Assembly (NCBI GenBank): GCA_964016885.1
Contig: OZ024755.1
Location: forward strand, 25,544,001-25,608,000
Source of the DNA: Eledone cirrhosa
Taxonomy: Eukaryota
DNA length: 64,000 bases
Direction of reading: 5' to 3'
Shown here: positions 13,900 to 28,292 of the stretch, piece after piece
How the letters are laid out: each line of letters begins with the position of its first letter
Position numbering within the stretch: position 1 is the first letter of the stretch
Translations under genes and position numbers: made by a program
Notes under the pieces: generated by a model
Database searches by the model: none
Told to the model about the DNA's origin: nothing
The model's input: the letters and a program-made list of their open reading frames with translations, nothing else

Positions 13900-14410
13900 A
13901 AATCTCGGTAGAGTTGTAATACGCCACCTTCAGCATTCAGTAATCAGAAGAAGAGAGGTAGGTGTAAAAGCCCAACTCGCTATCTTCAATTCGGTATTCG
14001 TGCCAGCCCTTAGTTATGGTCATGAATATTGGGTAATGACCGAAAGAATACGATCGCGAACACAAGCGGCCGAAATGGGATTCCTCCCAAGGGTTTATGG
14101 AGTAAACTCGATAGAATACGTAGCTCGGAGATCAGAGTCACTCCAGGTAGAGCCGCTACTTCTCCTATATTATGGGCATGGGGTTAGTATGTCTCAGGAA
14201 AGAATCGTTGGACAGATGTTACGGGCAAAGCCAAACAACAGAAGATCCAGGGGTAGATGGTTGGATAACATCCATAAGCTTGGCTGGTCTAGCTTGGGGA
14301 TCAAGCCGGATCAGTTGGAGACGGTTGCGTCTGACAGGGCCTGCTAGAAGGAGTGTTTAAGGACTCTGCTCCACGACCTTCTCAGGAATAAGTGGGCGAA
14401 GAAGAAGAAA
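13900..14410 (+). mobile_element. RTE-clade (Expander/Rex3-like) LINE 3' fragment
   Basis: ORF reads KAQLAIFNSVFVPALSYGHEYWVMTERIRSRTQAAEMGFL..LQVEPLLL; ends in a (GAA)n tail. Confidence 0.8.
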
Positions 14411-14759
14411 CAGGCCGAAATATAATTACTGATGTGGGTACCAAACCATAATGTTTTCAGAGAAGGTATAGTTGATTGGAAGTTGTTGGCCTATTGGTTA
14501 GTGCACCGAACTCGCGATCATAGGGTCGTGGGTTCGATTCCTGTTGTGTTCATGAGCAACACACTTCATTCCATGTTCCTTTTAGAATCAGGTTAGGACT
14601 GGGGCCTCTACCAAAAATCCTTCTATGATATACAACCTTGTAAAGGCCAGTTACACCTACGTAGGTGTGAGCTGTAGCAACAACATAATAGAAATGAGAG
14701 CCCTGTAATTAAAACACACAAGGAACCTCCTATGACATACAATCTCATAGGAGGCCCGC

Positions 14760-14790
<31 letters not shown>

Positions 14791-15849
14791 AGTGACAATG
14801 ATGGTGGTGGTTGTGGGGGTAATGATGACGATGATGATGACGATGTTGGTAGTGATTGTGCCTTAATTAGAAACATTACCAAAACGGTTGGAAATGTATG
14901 GGACTCAGTAAAAATGCCACCTGGCTGATAAGATGGAATATAGGTGGCGCTCTCATCACATCACCTTTCCCCTGCTTGAAAGGGACGTGGGGTAGCTTGT
15001 TACATTGCTACACAAACTGCATTTTTACATGAGCGGTAATTAGTTGGTCTAATTAGAAGAATAAATAGTTTTGTTATGATATATATAGGTGTTTACAATA
15101 CACACACAGATACACAGGTACACGCACTGACACACACACACACACGCAGACACACATACAGACACACACAGAGACACACATACAGGCACACATACAGACA
15201 CACAGAGAGACTCACACACACAAGCATACGGAAAAATGGAAGACAGAGATGCCTGCAGGAATCGAACCAGCCATCTGCCGTTTGCTCCGCGGCAGCCAAT
15301 ATATAGACAATCACTCAAACACCAGATTTAATCACACACAGAAACAACACCACTATACAATCTATAATTTGTTTAATCATACAGAAAAAGAAAGCAGTAT
15401 TGGAAAGAACAATAAATACCATAAATCAGAGGAAATTGATGGGAAGAGTAAGGACCACTAGACAATTTATTTGTGTGAATCAGTGCCAATTTTTCGGCCG
15501 CTTGTATTCACGGCTGTATTCTTTGGGTGATTACCTAAAATTCATGACCTTGGGTAAAGGTTGGCACGAATACCGAATGGAAAATATCGAGGTTGTCTTT
15601 TAAACCAACCTCCATATTTCTAACATAACAAATTAATAAAGAATCATGAAATAAATATATTTCAACTTAATAATGTTTTCTGATTTTGACTGAAGCCCAA
15701 CAAAATAAGGTGCAGGAACAAAAACGATTTAATCGACTTCAATGATACTCTATTTATCGACCTAAAAATGTTAAAAATCCAAGTAGATCTTGGGGAGATT
15801 TGAAACCTGAGCGTAAACAACAATAAATATATTTTGACGAATGATTTAA

Positions 15850-16170
15850 ATTGGAGTTGAGGAAAGGACTATAAAAGCCATAAATGAGAGGAAAAGGAAG
15901 GGAAAAGCAAAGACTGTAGGGCCACAGAAGAAAAGGAGGGAGAAGGGGAAAGGGTGAAGGGCTCTGGGCCAAGGGCACGGCGGTGTTGGGGCTGCGCCCC
16001 GCGAACAAGCCTGTAACAGCATTTCCGCGGACAATGGCCAGCGATACCCGCTGCAACAGCCACCCCCACCTCGCAGAGTTCCTTCTTCAGACGGGCTGCT
16101 AACGTTCCGACCTTGAGAAGGAGCTCGAAGTACGGGATCCGAGGACGCCTGATGTCTCGACGCCATACCC
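15850..16170 (-). mobile_element. CRE-clade LINE 3' end (RLE C-terminus plus 3' UTR)
   Basis: LQRVSLAIVRGNA motif; homologous to 23470-23760. Confidence 0.75.
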
Positions 16171-16720
16171 AGAGAGTAAGAAATTGACTCAATTATAAAT
16201 GAGAAATATTTAACTACTGAAATCTAATATTTACTGTGATGTAAAATGAGATTTCAGTTTAAGATTTGAATACAAATTTCAAACAACTTTAATTGAAGAG
16301 GTTTTGAACGGGTTTCTGTTAAAAGATTTAACATGTACTTCTAGGGATTTCTTTATGGATTAGGGTTAAACGACCTCATCATCATCATCATCATTACTAC
16401 CACCATCACCAACACCGATATCACTATCACCACTATGAACACCACTACCAACACCCCACCACCCATCATCACAACTATCACCACAAACCCCACCCCAGCC
16501 CCCACCAACTTCACCGTTATCATCATCGTCATGAACATCATCATCATCATCACCATTACCATCATCATCATCATCATTGACATAATTATTCTCCCTAAGT
16601 ACAGACATCTTGATATAATGCTAGACATGTAAGGGATGTGTCTAATTTGTGACTCTCTCTCTCTCTCTCTTTCTTTCATTCTCTCCCCCTCTCTATCTCT
16701 AATCTGTGTGTGTGTCTCAC

Positions 16721-16751
<31 letters not shown>

Positions 16752-17082
16752 CCACTCTGTCTATTCTGTGTGTGTGTGTGTCTCTCTCTCTCTTCCCTTC
16801 CCTCTCTCTCTCTCCCTCTCTGTCTAATCTGTGTGTCTCTTTCTTTTCTCTCCTCTTTCCTCCTCTCTCCCCCTCATGGTCTAATCTGTATGTGTCTCTT
16901 TCTTTCCCTCTCTCCTCCTCTCTGTCTTGCCCTGACATCCACCAGTACCACACCCCACCCCACCCCACCACACCCCACCTATTATCTCATTATGATGTCC
17001 AACACTAATTAGAATTAGCGTTTCCTGGGCCGGAATTTCTGTAAATTTGTAAGTCATTAACGTTATCTGTGACGGCTACACG

Positions 17083-17156
<74 letters not shown>

Positions 17157-17263
17157 AATATATGTATATATATATATATAAAAATATATATGTATATATA
17201 TGTATGTATATATATATATATATGTGTACACATATATAAATATGTATATATATATATATATAT

Positions 17264-17326
<63 letters not shown>

Positions 17327-17365
17327 CATATATATATATATATATCCATATTTATATATGTATAC

Positions 17366-17396
<31 letters not shown>

Positions 17397-17443
17397 CATA
17401 TATATTTACATATATGTATATACATATATGTAAATATATATGT

Positions 17444-17498
<55 letters not shown>

Positions 17499-17508
17499 TA
17501 TAAATATG

Positions 17509-17581
<73 letters not shown>

Positions 17582-17584
17582 GGA

Positions 17585-17616
<32 letters not shown>

Positions 17617-17810
17617 CATATATATTTACATATATTATATATACATATATGTAAATATATATGTATATATATATATATATATGTACACATATATAAATAT
17701 GTATATATATATATGGATATATATATATATATATATATATCCATATATATATACATATTTATATATGTGTACATATATATTTACATATATGTACATATAC
17801 ATATATGTAA

Positions 17811-17848
<38 letters not shown>

Positions 17849-17929
17849 GTACACATATATAAATATGTATATATATATATATATATGTATGCATACACAC
17901 ACAGAGACACACACATACACATACATATA

Positions 17930-18012
<83 letters not shown>

Positions 18013-18447
18013 ACACACACACAGACACACACATATATATATATATGTGTGTGTGTGTGTCTGTGTGTATGTGTGTGTATTTTATATGTATAACAACAGC
18101 TCAGATTTCATTTGGGAGAAAAGAAGGGGGGGGGCATTCAACTGCTGACATTTTGAATTATATAAGGATGATAATGATGATCATGATGATGGAGATAGTG
18201 ATGAGGATGATGATGATGGTGGTGGTGGTGGTGGTGGTGGTGGTGGTGGTGGTGGTAGATGGGGATGTAGAAGATGCTATCAATGATGATGATGATGATG
18301 ATGGCAAGTGACGCTGATGATATTAAAGGTTCTATCTTCGTAGAGTATTTGTATTTGTGCATGCGTGTATGTCTGTACGTCTGTACGTATGTGTTCATAT
18401 TCATATATACATAATAAGAAACACACACACACACACACACTTTTATA

Positions 18448-18496
<49 letters not shown>

Positions 18497-18658
18497 ATAT
18501 ATATATATATATGTATGTATATATATATATGTATATGTATGTATGTATGTATGTAAAAGGTAAACAGAAATAACAACACAATCGGTACAGTATATGGAAG
18601 GGATATATTAGTTGAACGCTTCATATAGCAGGAAGAGGATATATATATATATATATAT

Positions 18659-18810
18659 ATTCGGAGGAAATCATCAGGAAAGCCTTCCTGATGATTTCCT
18701 CCGAATGAAACAGTTCTAGTCCTGTAGAAGCTCTTCTATATTAAATATTTATACTCTGCCATGTATTGAGTACCTTACTTACTGTGGTTACCCCCGATTG
18801 AACCCGGAGT
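18659..18810 (+). mobile_element. Family A element with 22-bp 5' fold-back (18659-18680 / 18685-18706)
   Basis: attcggaggaaatcatcaggaa is the reverse complement of ttcctgatgatttcctccgaat. Confidence 0.7.
18684..18731 (+). ncRNA. Type I hammerhead ribozyme (family A)
   Basis: CTTC-CTGATGA-t TTC ctcc GAA t-GAAA-CAG ttctagtc CTG-TA-GAAG. Confidence 0.75.
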
Positions 18811-18813
18811 ACA

Positions 18814-18881
<68 letters not shown>

Positions 18882-18979
18882 CATATATATATACAAGTTT
18901 ATCCCGGGTTCATTCGGGGCTAACCACAGTAAGTAAGGTAGTCAATACATAGCAGAGTATAAATATTTAATGTAGAAAT

Positions 18980-19030
18980 GGCTTCTACAGGACTAGAACT
19001 GTTTCATTGGGGAGAAATCATCAGGAAGCC
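18980..19030 (-). ncRNA. Type I hammerhead ribozyme (family A; host element 18897-19031 on the - strand)
   Basis: Reverse complement reads GGCTTC-CTGATGA-tttctccccaat-GAAA-CAG ttctagtc CTG-TA-GAAGCC. Confidence 0.75.
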
Positions 19031-19068
19031 CTTATATATATATAAGAGAGAGAGAGAGATAGCTATAA

Positions 19069-19137
<69 letters not shown>

Positions 19138-19138
<1 letters not shown>

Positions 19139-19512
19139 TTCTTTATTAGCCACAGGGGCACAAAAGAAGGGGACAAATACAAAGGGGGAAGTTTACATAC
19201 AATAAAAACGTGTAAAATGTTATCACAGATGGAATTTAAAAGTTAGTCGATTTTCCCCAATAGAGGGAGACAGTTTATATGGGTAACACATACCCCCGAA
19301 AAAAAATGTGCAACCCTCATCTCCAGGAGTACGAAGAGCTTGTACTCCTTTCCTCTCCTCCTCCTTTTCCTCAACCTACAGGCTGATATAGAGAGAAGGC
19401 CCATTCACTCGGGCCATTCTCGCCACTTTCACCCACCTTTCATAAAACTTGCTGGGGTACAGCACCTCTCTCTCCATCCTGATTCTTCTTCCAAAGTGGT
19501 ATTTGAAAAAAA
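19138..19512 (-). mobile_element. Probable L1/Tx1-like LINE 3' end
   Basis: Minus strand reads FFKYHFGRRIRMEREVLYPSKFYERWVKVARMARVNG, then a UTR ending AATAAA and (TCTA)n; clade call from recall. Confidence 0.5.
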
Positions 19513-19522
19513 GAATATATAT

Positions 19523-19594
<72 letters not shown>

Positions 19595-19664
19595 GCGGAG
19601 AAAAAAAAGGAGAGGTGGGCAGAGAGAAACGATCCGAGTACTTCATTAGGATCGTCTCTTTACC

Positions 19665-19782
19665 GACTTCTAAGAAAGGCAAAGTTGACAACGCCAATAC
19701 ATGATCTCAGAACGTCGAGGGCCGAGACGAACACCGCAAACAATTCTTTCCGACGTTCTAACGATTCTGTTAGTTAGCCACC
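19665..19782 (-). mobile_element. Degraded tRNA-type SINE
   Basis: aaaggcaaagttgac..ctcagaacgt..ctaacgattctg..gccacc matches the reverse complement of the SINE head. Confidence 0.6.
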
Positions 19783-20339
19783 TTTTTTTTTTGTGTGTGT
19801 TCATCTCTGCTATTTAAATATACGAAATAACCTTGAGATTATGAAGAGCTAGAATAGACCGAAATAAGTCGGTGCCGTGACACAAACTATAATTTATGTA
19901 TATTGTTGGCAATCTTAGCTGACATAAAGACATGCATCATTGATATCACTAAAGGTAACATTAAAATATTTATGTTAACTCTTTTCTCTCCAAGCAACTC
20001 TCTAAGCTCTTCCTTAGTAAATATACTGGTTTCTACTGGTTTCCACTGGTTTTTACTGGTTCCTACTGGTTTCTAATCATTTGGTTGGTTTTGATTTGTT
20101 TTTGCTTTTTCTTTATTATTCTACAGAAGAGATATTTGCGTCACTTATTGGTAGCACACAACCTCTCCCTCCCTGTCTCTCTCTTTCTTTCTCTCACTCT
20201 CTCTATCTCTCTCTATATATATATGTGTGTGTGTGTGTGTACACATATATCCTTTTTACTCTTTTACCTGTTCCAGCCATCCGGCTGAGGCCATGCTGGG
20301 CCACCACCCTTGTGAATATGGAACGCTTCACGAACTAGC

Positions 20340-20435
20340 AAGGCCAGCAAATATCCAGTGTATTACTGGTACTTTATTTTATCGACCCCATAAGGATGAA
20401 AGGCAAAGTTAACCTCGGCGGGATTTGAACTCAGA
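20340..20435 (-). mobile_element. SINE 3' fragment
   Basis: Matches about 6167-6265. Confidence 0.7.
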
Positions 20436-20439
20436 ATGG

Positions 20440-20667
20440 CATATTTGTGTAATATTGCCAGAATTAATAACAGAACACACTCACTGTTTGGTTGGTTTTC
20501 GCTTTTCGCTTCTGTGTCTTTTATATCGGTTGATTTAATTTATTCGGTCCTCAACCAAACAGTGAGTGTGTTCTGTTATTAATTCTGGCAATATTACACA
20601 AATATGACCCTCCCCAAGTATAACAATATTTGTTTCGACACACGATTTCATATCAAAAACCTCGCAA

Positions 20668-20670
<3 letters not shown>
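20440..20670. repeat. Perfect 55-bp inverted repeat (20440-20494 / 20552-20606) followed by a family-H-like tail
   Basis: Arms are exact reverse complements; 20604-20670 resembles 26300-26365; ends at (TA)n. Confidence 0.8.
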
Positions 20671-20712
<42 letters not shown>

Positions 20713-20865
20713 TATAATATAACTTAGAGTTTACACTCAATGGGGTCATTTACAATTATTTCAGCTCTAAGAATCACTTCTGAGCAGTATAAATTAATAT
20801 ATGATAAACATTTACATGTTTTAGTTGCAATTTGACTAATAAAATAGTTAGAATGAAATATCTTT

Positions 20866-20915
<50 letters not shown>

Positions 20916-20917
<2 letters not shown>

Positions 20918-21251
20918 TTTCTGAATTTGTTTAGCAAGATTCTTTATCTGAAATCGTGTGTTGAAACCGATATTGTTATACTTTGGGAGGGTCATGTTGC
21001 CAATAAGCGTAGGATAGAAGAAAGGAAAGGCACAGAAACGAAGAAAGAAATCCCCAGTCACTGAAGAGGTCACAGAGTGTGTGACGAAAGAACTATGACT
21101 ATATATATATAAACAACTATCTGGTTGTGGAACCAACCAACCAACCAGAAATTTATAAATTTGTAAATTTATAAATATATATTAAATTAAATTGAAGTGA
21201 AAGCAACTGGTGCGTGTGTTTCTTATTGGCAACATGACCCTCCCAAAGTAT

Positions 21252-21258
<7 letters not shown>
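20916..21258 (+). mobile_element. Family H element with its 3' end inverted at the 5' side (20916-21007)
   Basis: 21007-21258 is homologous to 26065-26325; 20916-21007 is the reverse complement of 26288-26379; (TA)n on both sides. Confidence 0.75.
21056..21100 (+). ncRNA. Minimal type I hammerhead (family H)
   Basis: AGTCA-CTGAAGA-g GTCACA gagtg TGTGAC-GAAA-G aa C-TA-TGACT. Confidence 0.75.
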
Positions 21259-21350
<92 letters not shown>

Positions 21351-21417
21351 CATATATATGTATGTATATATATATGTGAGATGTGAGAAAAACCACAGAC
21401 TCTCCATCTCAACTCTA

Positions 21418-21454
21418 CTTTTGAAAAGCAGAAGAACTGCGAAACCAGTAAAGG
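21418..21454 (+). ncRNA. Degenerate hammerhead-like motif
   Basis: ctt-TTGAAAA-GCAG aagaa CTGC-GAAA-C ca G-TA-aag; two core changes relative to CTGAAGA. Confidence 0.3.
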
Positions 21455-21592
21455 AACCAAATAAATATATATATATATTTTTTTAAATAAGACTCCAGTT
21501 GCATTTTCGATTTCATCTTTTTTTCTCTATACTTTCACTCGTGTAGGACACCTCGGTTATTTTTCATTTTGTAAAAGAAACATCACTTTCTA

Positions 21593-21646
<54 letters not shown>

Positions 21647-21689
21647 TATATATACATATATATACATGTATATATACATATATATATAC

Positions 21690-21739
<50 letters not shown>

Positions 21740-21761
21740 CTACATATATACATATATATAC

Positions 21762-21962
<201 letters not shown>

Positions 21963-23049
21963 GCACAATATGTGTCCCACTGAATCTCCTTGAGAATTGC
22001 GTTATGGGTACATGTGTTTGCAGAATGCTCATCCATTTGTACGTTAATATCATAAGCTGGTAGTTACGTTGATCTCACAAATGGAACACTCCTCGCCCGT
22101 AGAGACGGAGGTTCAACATTATTTCATTTCAACGCTCGCCAATTTTCAATTGTGATGTTTATAAATCCTATCCTATTAATCATGAGAGACCAAGCGAACT
22201 CATTGGAGTATCTTGACATAAACAGAAGTCTGTTATAAACGATCATATTTCAAATTAGGTTCAATCAACAGTTTCACCTTACTCAATAACACAGACCCAC
22301 GCTCGTGTTATTAATATCTCCACACATTCCTTACTCTATGTGTTAATGGAATCAAAAAAAGAAAAAATGAATGACAGCTTATAATACATTGGTGTATGAG
22401 AAAAAATACCTCTATATGTAATACAGGGATGTTGTTTTATTTTACATTGTTCGTTGGTGTTGTAAATGTTCCATCTATATAACCACACCCTAGCGTATAC
22501 ATGATTGTCTGTTGTGACATTGAGTAAGTTACTGCAGCATAGAACAGCTGAAGACTTACTGGATCTATTGAGATGGGGAGAGAGAGAAAGAGAGAGCGAG
22601 AGGAGGGTAGGGGAAAGAGTGAGAGAGAGCGAGGGAGTGTGTGTGTGTGTGTTTGTGTGTATGTGTGTGTGTGAATGATTTGGGGAATTGAACATGTGTT
22701 TCTGTGTTTTCTGGAGATCGTAGAACCAAGCTAGGCAGGCTGAACCTTCCCTAATAACAACAACAGTAGCAGCAACAACATCAACAACAACTACTAACAA
22801 CATCATCAACAACAACTACTAACATCATCAACAACAACTACACAATCAAAATGATTGATTTAAAGAGAAATGTTAGAAGCCCGAAAGTCGGCAAATAAAA
22901 AAGAAATGAAGCGATTTTTTCAAAGAAAATCTAGAAATGGACCTCCGTCAGTTTCGACGTTAAGTGCAACAGACCTACGATCAACGGAACAGCCTGCTCA
23001 TGAAAATTACTGTCTTGCCAAACGTGGTTCTACACTCAATCTCCCTTAG

Positions 23050-23810
23050 AATTATGTTGATAACGAGTGCACTCGCATCGGATTAGCCCAACGTCTCGGC
23101 CTCTGCATGTGTTAGCCACATAAACGCCGTTGTGGGGCTGTTGTCCATGAGTTCGGCCTGCACCCATTATCATGCTATCTGAGCGCAGACCGGTTCCCCC
23201 GACATGCCTCTCCCAACGACATAAGGAGAAGGGGACTCGATGCAGCAGGCTTCCCGTCACAACTGGAGCCGGAAGGCCTCGATCGTGGTGACGGTAAGTG
23301 CCCCCACGGAATTCCCTTTTTATTTTCATTTTCGAAGGTGGAAAATCCCACATCTGGGAGTCGACGTGCTGTGATACGTTCTCCGCCTCGAATGCAGGGG
23401 ACAGGAAGACAGGCAAATACTGGAGCTTGTCCGACCGCTTGCTCTTTGTACCGGTCGCCGTCATGACCTCTGGTGTCCTCGGACCCCGCACGGCTGACCT
23501 CCTCCGTAAAATCGGATCGGTAGCAGTCCGTCTGAGGAAGGAGACCTGCGAGGTGGAGTGGCTTTTACAGCGTGTGTCACTGGCCATTGTCCGCGGAAAT
23601 GTCTTTACCATTTTGTCCGCGGGGCGCAGCCGAAACTCCGCTGTGACCTAGGTGTAGAGTCTGTCGCCTTCTCCATTTCCCCCTTCTTTCTTCCTTTGTC
23701 TAGTAATCCTTGCTCTTCCCCTCCTTTTCCTCTCATTTATGGCATTTTACTTCTTTCCAATGCTGCTCTTTTTTCTGTATGTTTATATAACTTCACTACG
23801 AAATAAACTT
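23050..23810 (+). mobile_element. CRE-clade non-LTR retrotransposon 3' fragment (Zn knuckle plus RLE plus UTR)
   Basis: GLHPLSC..RH..ND; GKSHIWESTCCDTF..KY..L..FVPVAVMTSGVLG..LLQRVSLAIVRGN; ends near AATAAA. Confidence 0.8.
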
Positions 23811-24224
23811 ACGTTAAGTGTACACGTCCACCCATGACGTAACTCTCAGAGCGATTCAGCGAGGCTGCGAGTGTGACAAGGCTGAACATTTGAATTACAG
23901 GTACGATTCAACCTGATATCCACCCGACATCCACCCGACATCCACCCGAGGGTAAATTTACCCAAGATTTATACTAGCATATTTTGTTTCTGGCATTGTG
24001 TTTGCTTTCTTAACTAGTTTTTTTTTTTTTTTTCATTTTAAAAACTTCACCGCTCTATTAATGTGGTGGTAAGGGTGGTGTTGTAGTGGTGGTGATGGGG
24101 TTCTTGGGGGGGGGGGGGCTGTGACAGTGTGTATGTAAGTGTGTGAGTGTGTGTCTGTGTGGTGTGTGAGTGTGTGTGTGCACAAGTGTGCGAGTGTGTG
24201 TGTAAGTGCGTGTGTGCGAGTGTT

Positions 24225-24263
<39 letters not shown>

Positions 24264-24308
24264 GTGTGTGTGTGAGTGTATGTGTATATGTATACATGTA
24301 TATATGTA

Positions 24309-24360
<52 letters not shown>

Positions 24361-24420
24361 CATATATGTATATATATATATATACATACCTATATACATA
24401 TACATATATATGTGTATATG

Positions 24421-24453
<33 letters not shown>

Positions 24454-24454
24454 G

Positions 24455-24503
<49 letters not shown>

Positions 24504-25243
24504 ACATACATACATACATACATACATACATACATACATACATACATACATACATACATGTATATATATATATCAATGTGTGGGGGGGGGGTGCACGCGT
24601 GCCCGTGCATGTGCCTGTACGTGTGTTTTGTGGTAGTGGGGGCGAGTGCGCTCATGTGTGTGTTGTGAGTATGTGTGTAAATCAAATTTAAACAAAAAAC
24701 ATTCAAGTAAATACATACATCATAATACTCACACAAACAGAGAGACTCACAGACACATACTCACACAGATACACACTCACACAGATGCACACTCACGCAG
24801 ATACACACTCACACAGGTACACACTCACACAGATGCACACTTACGCAGATACACACTCACACAGATGCACAAAAGCAGAGGCATATATATGCACGTCATG
24901 TTTACGGGAGCATACCAATAGAGAAATTTGACGTATCACGTTGTGTTTGACTTAATGAGATCCGGGATAGCGTAAGAAAGTCATCCGAGTACATGGTAAT
25001 TTTGATCAGAGCTTTTCTCATTGAAGTAAAAGAGTTCTGCTGAGCTGGTTGGTGGGTGTTGGGTGGCGGTACCAGAGAGTCAGATAATACCAAAATATGT
25101 AGTATTTTTTCGTATTAGCATATTTTTAGTTGAGGTCAGAATGACTTCAACAGAATGAGGTGAGAGAAATTTACGTTTAAATGTTTGCACTAAGGATACA
25201 CATACATACACACACTCACGCACACACACACACACACACACAA

Positions 25244-25330
<87 letters not shown>

Positions 25331-25360
25331 CGTGTCTTTGCGTGTGTGTGTGTCTGAATC

Positions 25361-25406
<46 letters not shown>

Positions 25407-25442
25407 TCTGTTTATCTATCTCTACCTATCTATCTCTGTATG

Positions 25443-25494
<52 letters not shown>

Positions 25495-25495
<1 letters not shown>

Positions 25496-25602
25496 CGTTT
25501 CTGAATTTGTTTAGCAAGATTCTTAATCTGAAAACGTGTGTTGAAACCGATATTGTTATACTTTGGGAGGGTCATGTTGCCAATAAGAAACACAAGCACC
25601 AG
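25495..25602 (-). mobile_element. Family H 3' tail fragment
   Basis: Reverse complement of about 26272-26381. Confidence 0.8.
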
Positions 25603-25675
25603 AGTGTCCCAAGGAATGAATACACACTTCAACAGCATTCTAATTAAAGTGTGTGTATATTTTGGGGAGACACCC

Positions 25676-25679
<4 letters not shown>
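25600..25679. mobile_element. Possible tiny Tc1/mariner-type MITE
   Basis: Imperfect TIRs cagagtgtccc..tacacactt / aagtgtgtgta..gagacaccctg followed by TA. Confidence 0.35.
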
Positions 25680-25714
<35 letters not shown>

Positions 25715-25793
25715 GTGATGTATAGTCACAAGGAATCTACAGTAGAGGGAAAAGAAAGAACGTCTATTCGCGGACAGATTGACTCTCTAACAT

Positions 25794-25850
<57 letters not shown>

Positions 25851-26040
25851 AGTTCCAGTAGGAGGCGAGGAAAGTGGTACGTTACGTTGACAACGGCCAC
25901 ACAGCCAGTAACAGTTGTCAGTTGCTTCCCCCTAGCTTCTGCTGGAACTAGTTAGAGGGTGCGTCATCACCTTTAAAATTCATAGGTCACATGGAACGGA
26001 TGTAAACATGATCGCATTCTCAAAGCAGTCATTAATAGTC

Positions 26041-26379
26041 ATGAACACACACGAAAATAAGATGGCGTAGGACAGAACAAAGGAGAGGCACAAAAACAAA
26101 GAAAAGAATCCCCAGTCACTGAAGAGGTCACAGAATGTGTGACGAAAGAACTTTGACAATATATGAACAACCATCCGGTTGTGGAACCAACCAACCACCG
26201 GAAATTTATAAAATTTATAAAATTTATATTTATAAAATTTATAAATTTTATAATAAATTGAAGTGAAAGCATCTGGTGCTTGTGTTTCTTATTGGCAACA
26301 TGACCCTCCCAAACTATAACAATATCGGTTTTAACACACGTTTTCAGATAAAGAATCTTGCTAAACAAATTCAGAAACG

Positions 26380-26383
<4 letters not shown>
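26041..26383 (+). mobile_element. Family H element (longest copy; may extend further 5')
   Basis: Homology to 21007-21258 and 28293-28494; 3' end cagaaacgaaa abuts (TA)n. Confidence 0.7.
26115..26157 (+). ncRNA. Minimal type I hammerhead (family H)
   Basis: GTCA-CTGAAGA-g GTCACA gaatg TGTGAC-GAAA-G aa C-TT-TGAC. Confidence 0.7.
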
Positions 26384-26463
<80 letters not shown>

Positions 26464-26634
26464 GGATTAACAAATAATAGTTAAATGCAGTCCACTTATA
26501 ATTCTGTATTGGCGATCGAGTGACGCAAAATTAGGCGGACAGCGATCTCTAGACATACCAGTTCAGTGAAACAAATGTAAGCTATGTGATTAAAAACTTT
26601 TTTGTATAGCAAACCATGTAAACCTTCTTTCCTG

Positions 26635-26671
<37 letters not shown>

Positions 26672-26672
<1 letters not shown>

Positions 26673-26862
26673 GTTATTCCGGGTTGAATCGGAGGTAACC
26701 ACAGTAAGTAAGGTACTCAATACATAGCAGAGTATAACAGTTTTAATATAGATGAGATTCTACAGGACTAGAACTGTTTCATTCATTAGAAATCATCAGG
26801 AATTCCTGATGATTTCTAATGAATGAAACAGTTCTAGTCCTGTAGAATCTCATCTATATTAA

Positions 26863-26866
<4 letters not shown>
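26672..26866. mobile_element. Family A element containing a perfect 128-bp palindrome (26739-26866)
   Basis: 64-bp arms with no spacer, centred on ggaa|ttcc. Confidence 0.8.
26802..26848 (+). ncRNA. Type I hammerhead (family A; mirror copy on the - strand at 26757-26803)
   Basis: ATTC-CTGATGA-t TTC taat GAA t-GAAA-CAG ttctagtc CTG-TA-GAAT. Confidence 0.7.
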
Positions 26867-26920
<54 letters not shown>

Positions 26921-27310
26921 GTATATACATATATATATAACAGTTTATATAAACATATGAGGGCCGAGATTGAGTGTTAAGTTGATCAGTTTATTACCTG
27001 AACAGAAGCAGAGTAAAAGTTCTGCAAGGCCCTGCTCCTCATTACTGTAATATTTTCTAAGAATTGCTTAAAAAAACACGATATATAGTAACAGCTGAGA
27101 TAATATTCATAATAAAAATATAGTGGGAGGTGAGGAGTGGGGCGAGGAACGGGGGAATATGTTTGTGTATATGTATGAGGGAGAGTATATGTGAGTATGT
27201 GTATGTGTGGAGTATATGAGTATGTGTATGTGAGGAGTATATGTGAGTGTAAGAGAGTACATACTTGTGTGAGAGAAATATATATATATATATATATATA
27301 TATGCATTTA

Positions 27311-27376
<66 letters not shown>

Positions 27377-27419
27377 GATAAATCTACCAAGAGTTTACGG
27401 TAGTGTCCAATCCGTATAA

Positions 27420-27475
<56 letters not shown>

Positions 27476-27558
27476 TTATATATGTATATATATATGTCCC
27501 AAGGCTCTGATACCATCAACACTATAAACACAGAGCTGGCATATCTAAGAACTGACGA

Positions 27559-27614
27559 ACTGCCTGATGAGGTCATAGCCATTCAATGGCTATCATCGAA
27601 ATATATATAGCAGT
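27559..27614 (+). ncRNA. Type I hammerhead in a TA-flanked insert (27495-27660)
   Basis: ACTGC-CTGATGA-GGT c ATAGCCAT tca ATGGCTAT c ATC-GAAA-tatata-TA-GCAGT; palindromic stem III region. Confidence 0.85.
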
Positions 27615-27655
27615 AAATAAAGGATTATGAGTTCATGCAATTGACTTATGTTTCG

Positions 27656-27721
<66 letters not shown>

Positions 27722-27751
27722 GAGAGAGAGAGAGAAAGAGAGAAAGAGAGA

Positions 27752-27803
<52 letters not shown>

Positions 27804-28106
27804 AAATATGAGTGTTTGTGGTAGAATGTTTGCATGTTTGTGGGGGAGAGAGAATCTGTGTGTGTGTATGTGTATGTGAGAGAGAGAATGTGTGTATGTG
27901 AGAAAGAGTATATGTGTGTATGTGTATGTGAGCGAGAGAATATTTATGTGTATGTGAGAGAGAATATGTGTATATCATACACAAAATGCCAGCATCAACA
28001 ATTTTCCAAGAAATGGCAACATCAATGGACCTGTTATTTTTCTCTAAAAACATTTTTTCCAATTCCAACCCGCCCGTCCCTTCAATCTTTCTAGTTTCTC
28101 ATTCTT

Positions 28107-28142
28107 TCTTCTGATGAAGGACTAGCGTTCGAAGCGTTAAGA
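28107..28142 (+). ncRNA. Degenerate minimal hammerhead
   Basis: TCTT-CTGATGA-aggactagcgttc-GAAG-cg-TT-AAGA; A15.1 changed to G. Confidence 0.35.
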
Positions 28143-28292
28143 CCCTCTTTCTGCTATTTCAAGCGTTAACCTAATATATTCCTTCCATATACTGTACCGA
28201 TTCTGTTGTTATTTCTGTTTACGTTTTATACACACACGCACACACACACACACACGCACACACGCACACACACACAAATATATATATATATA

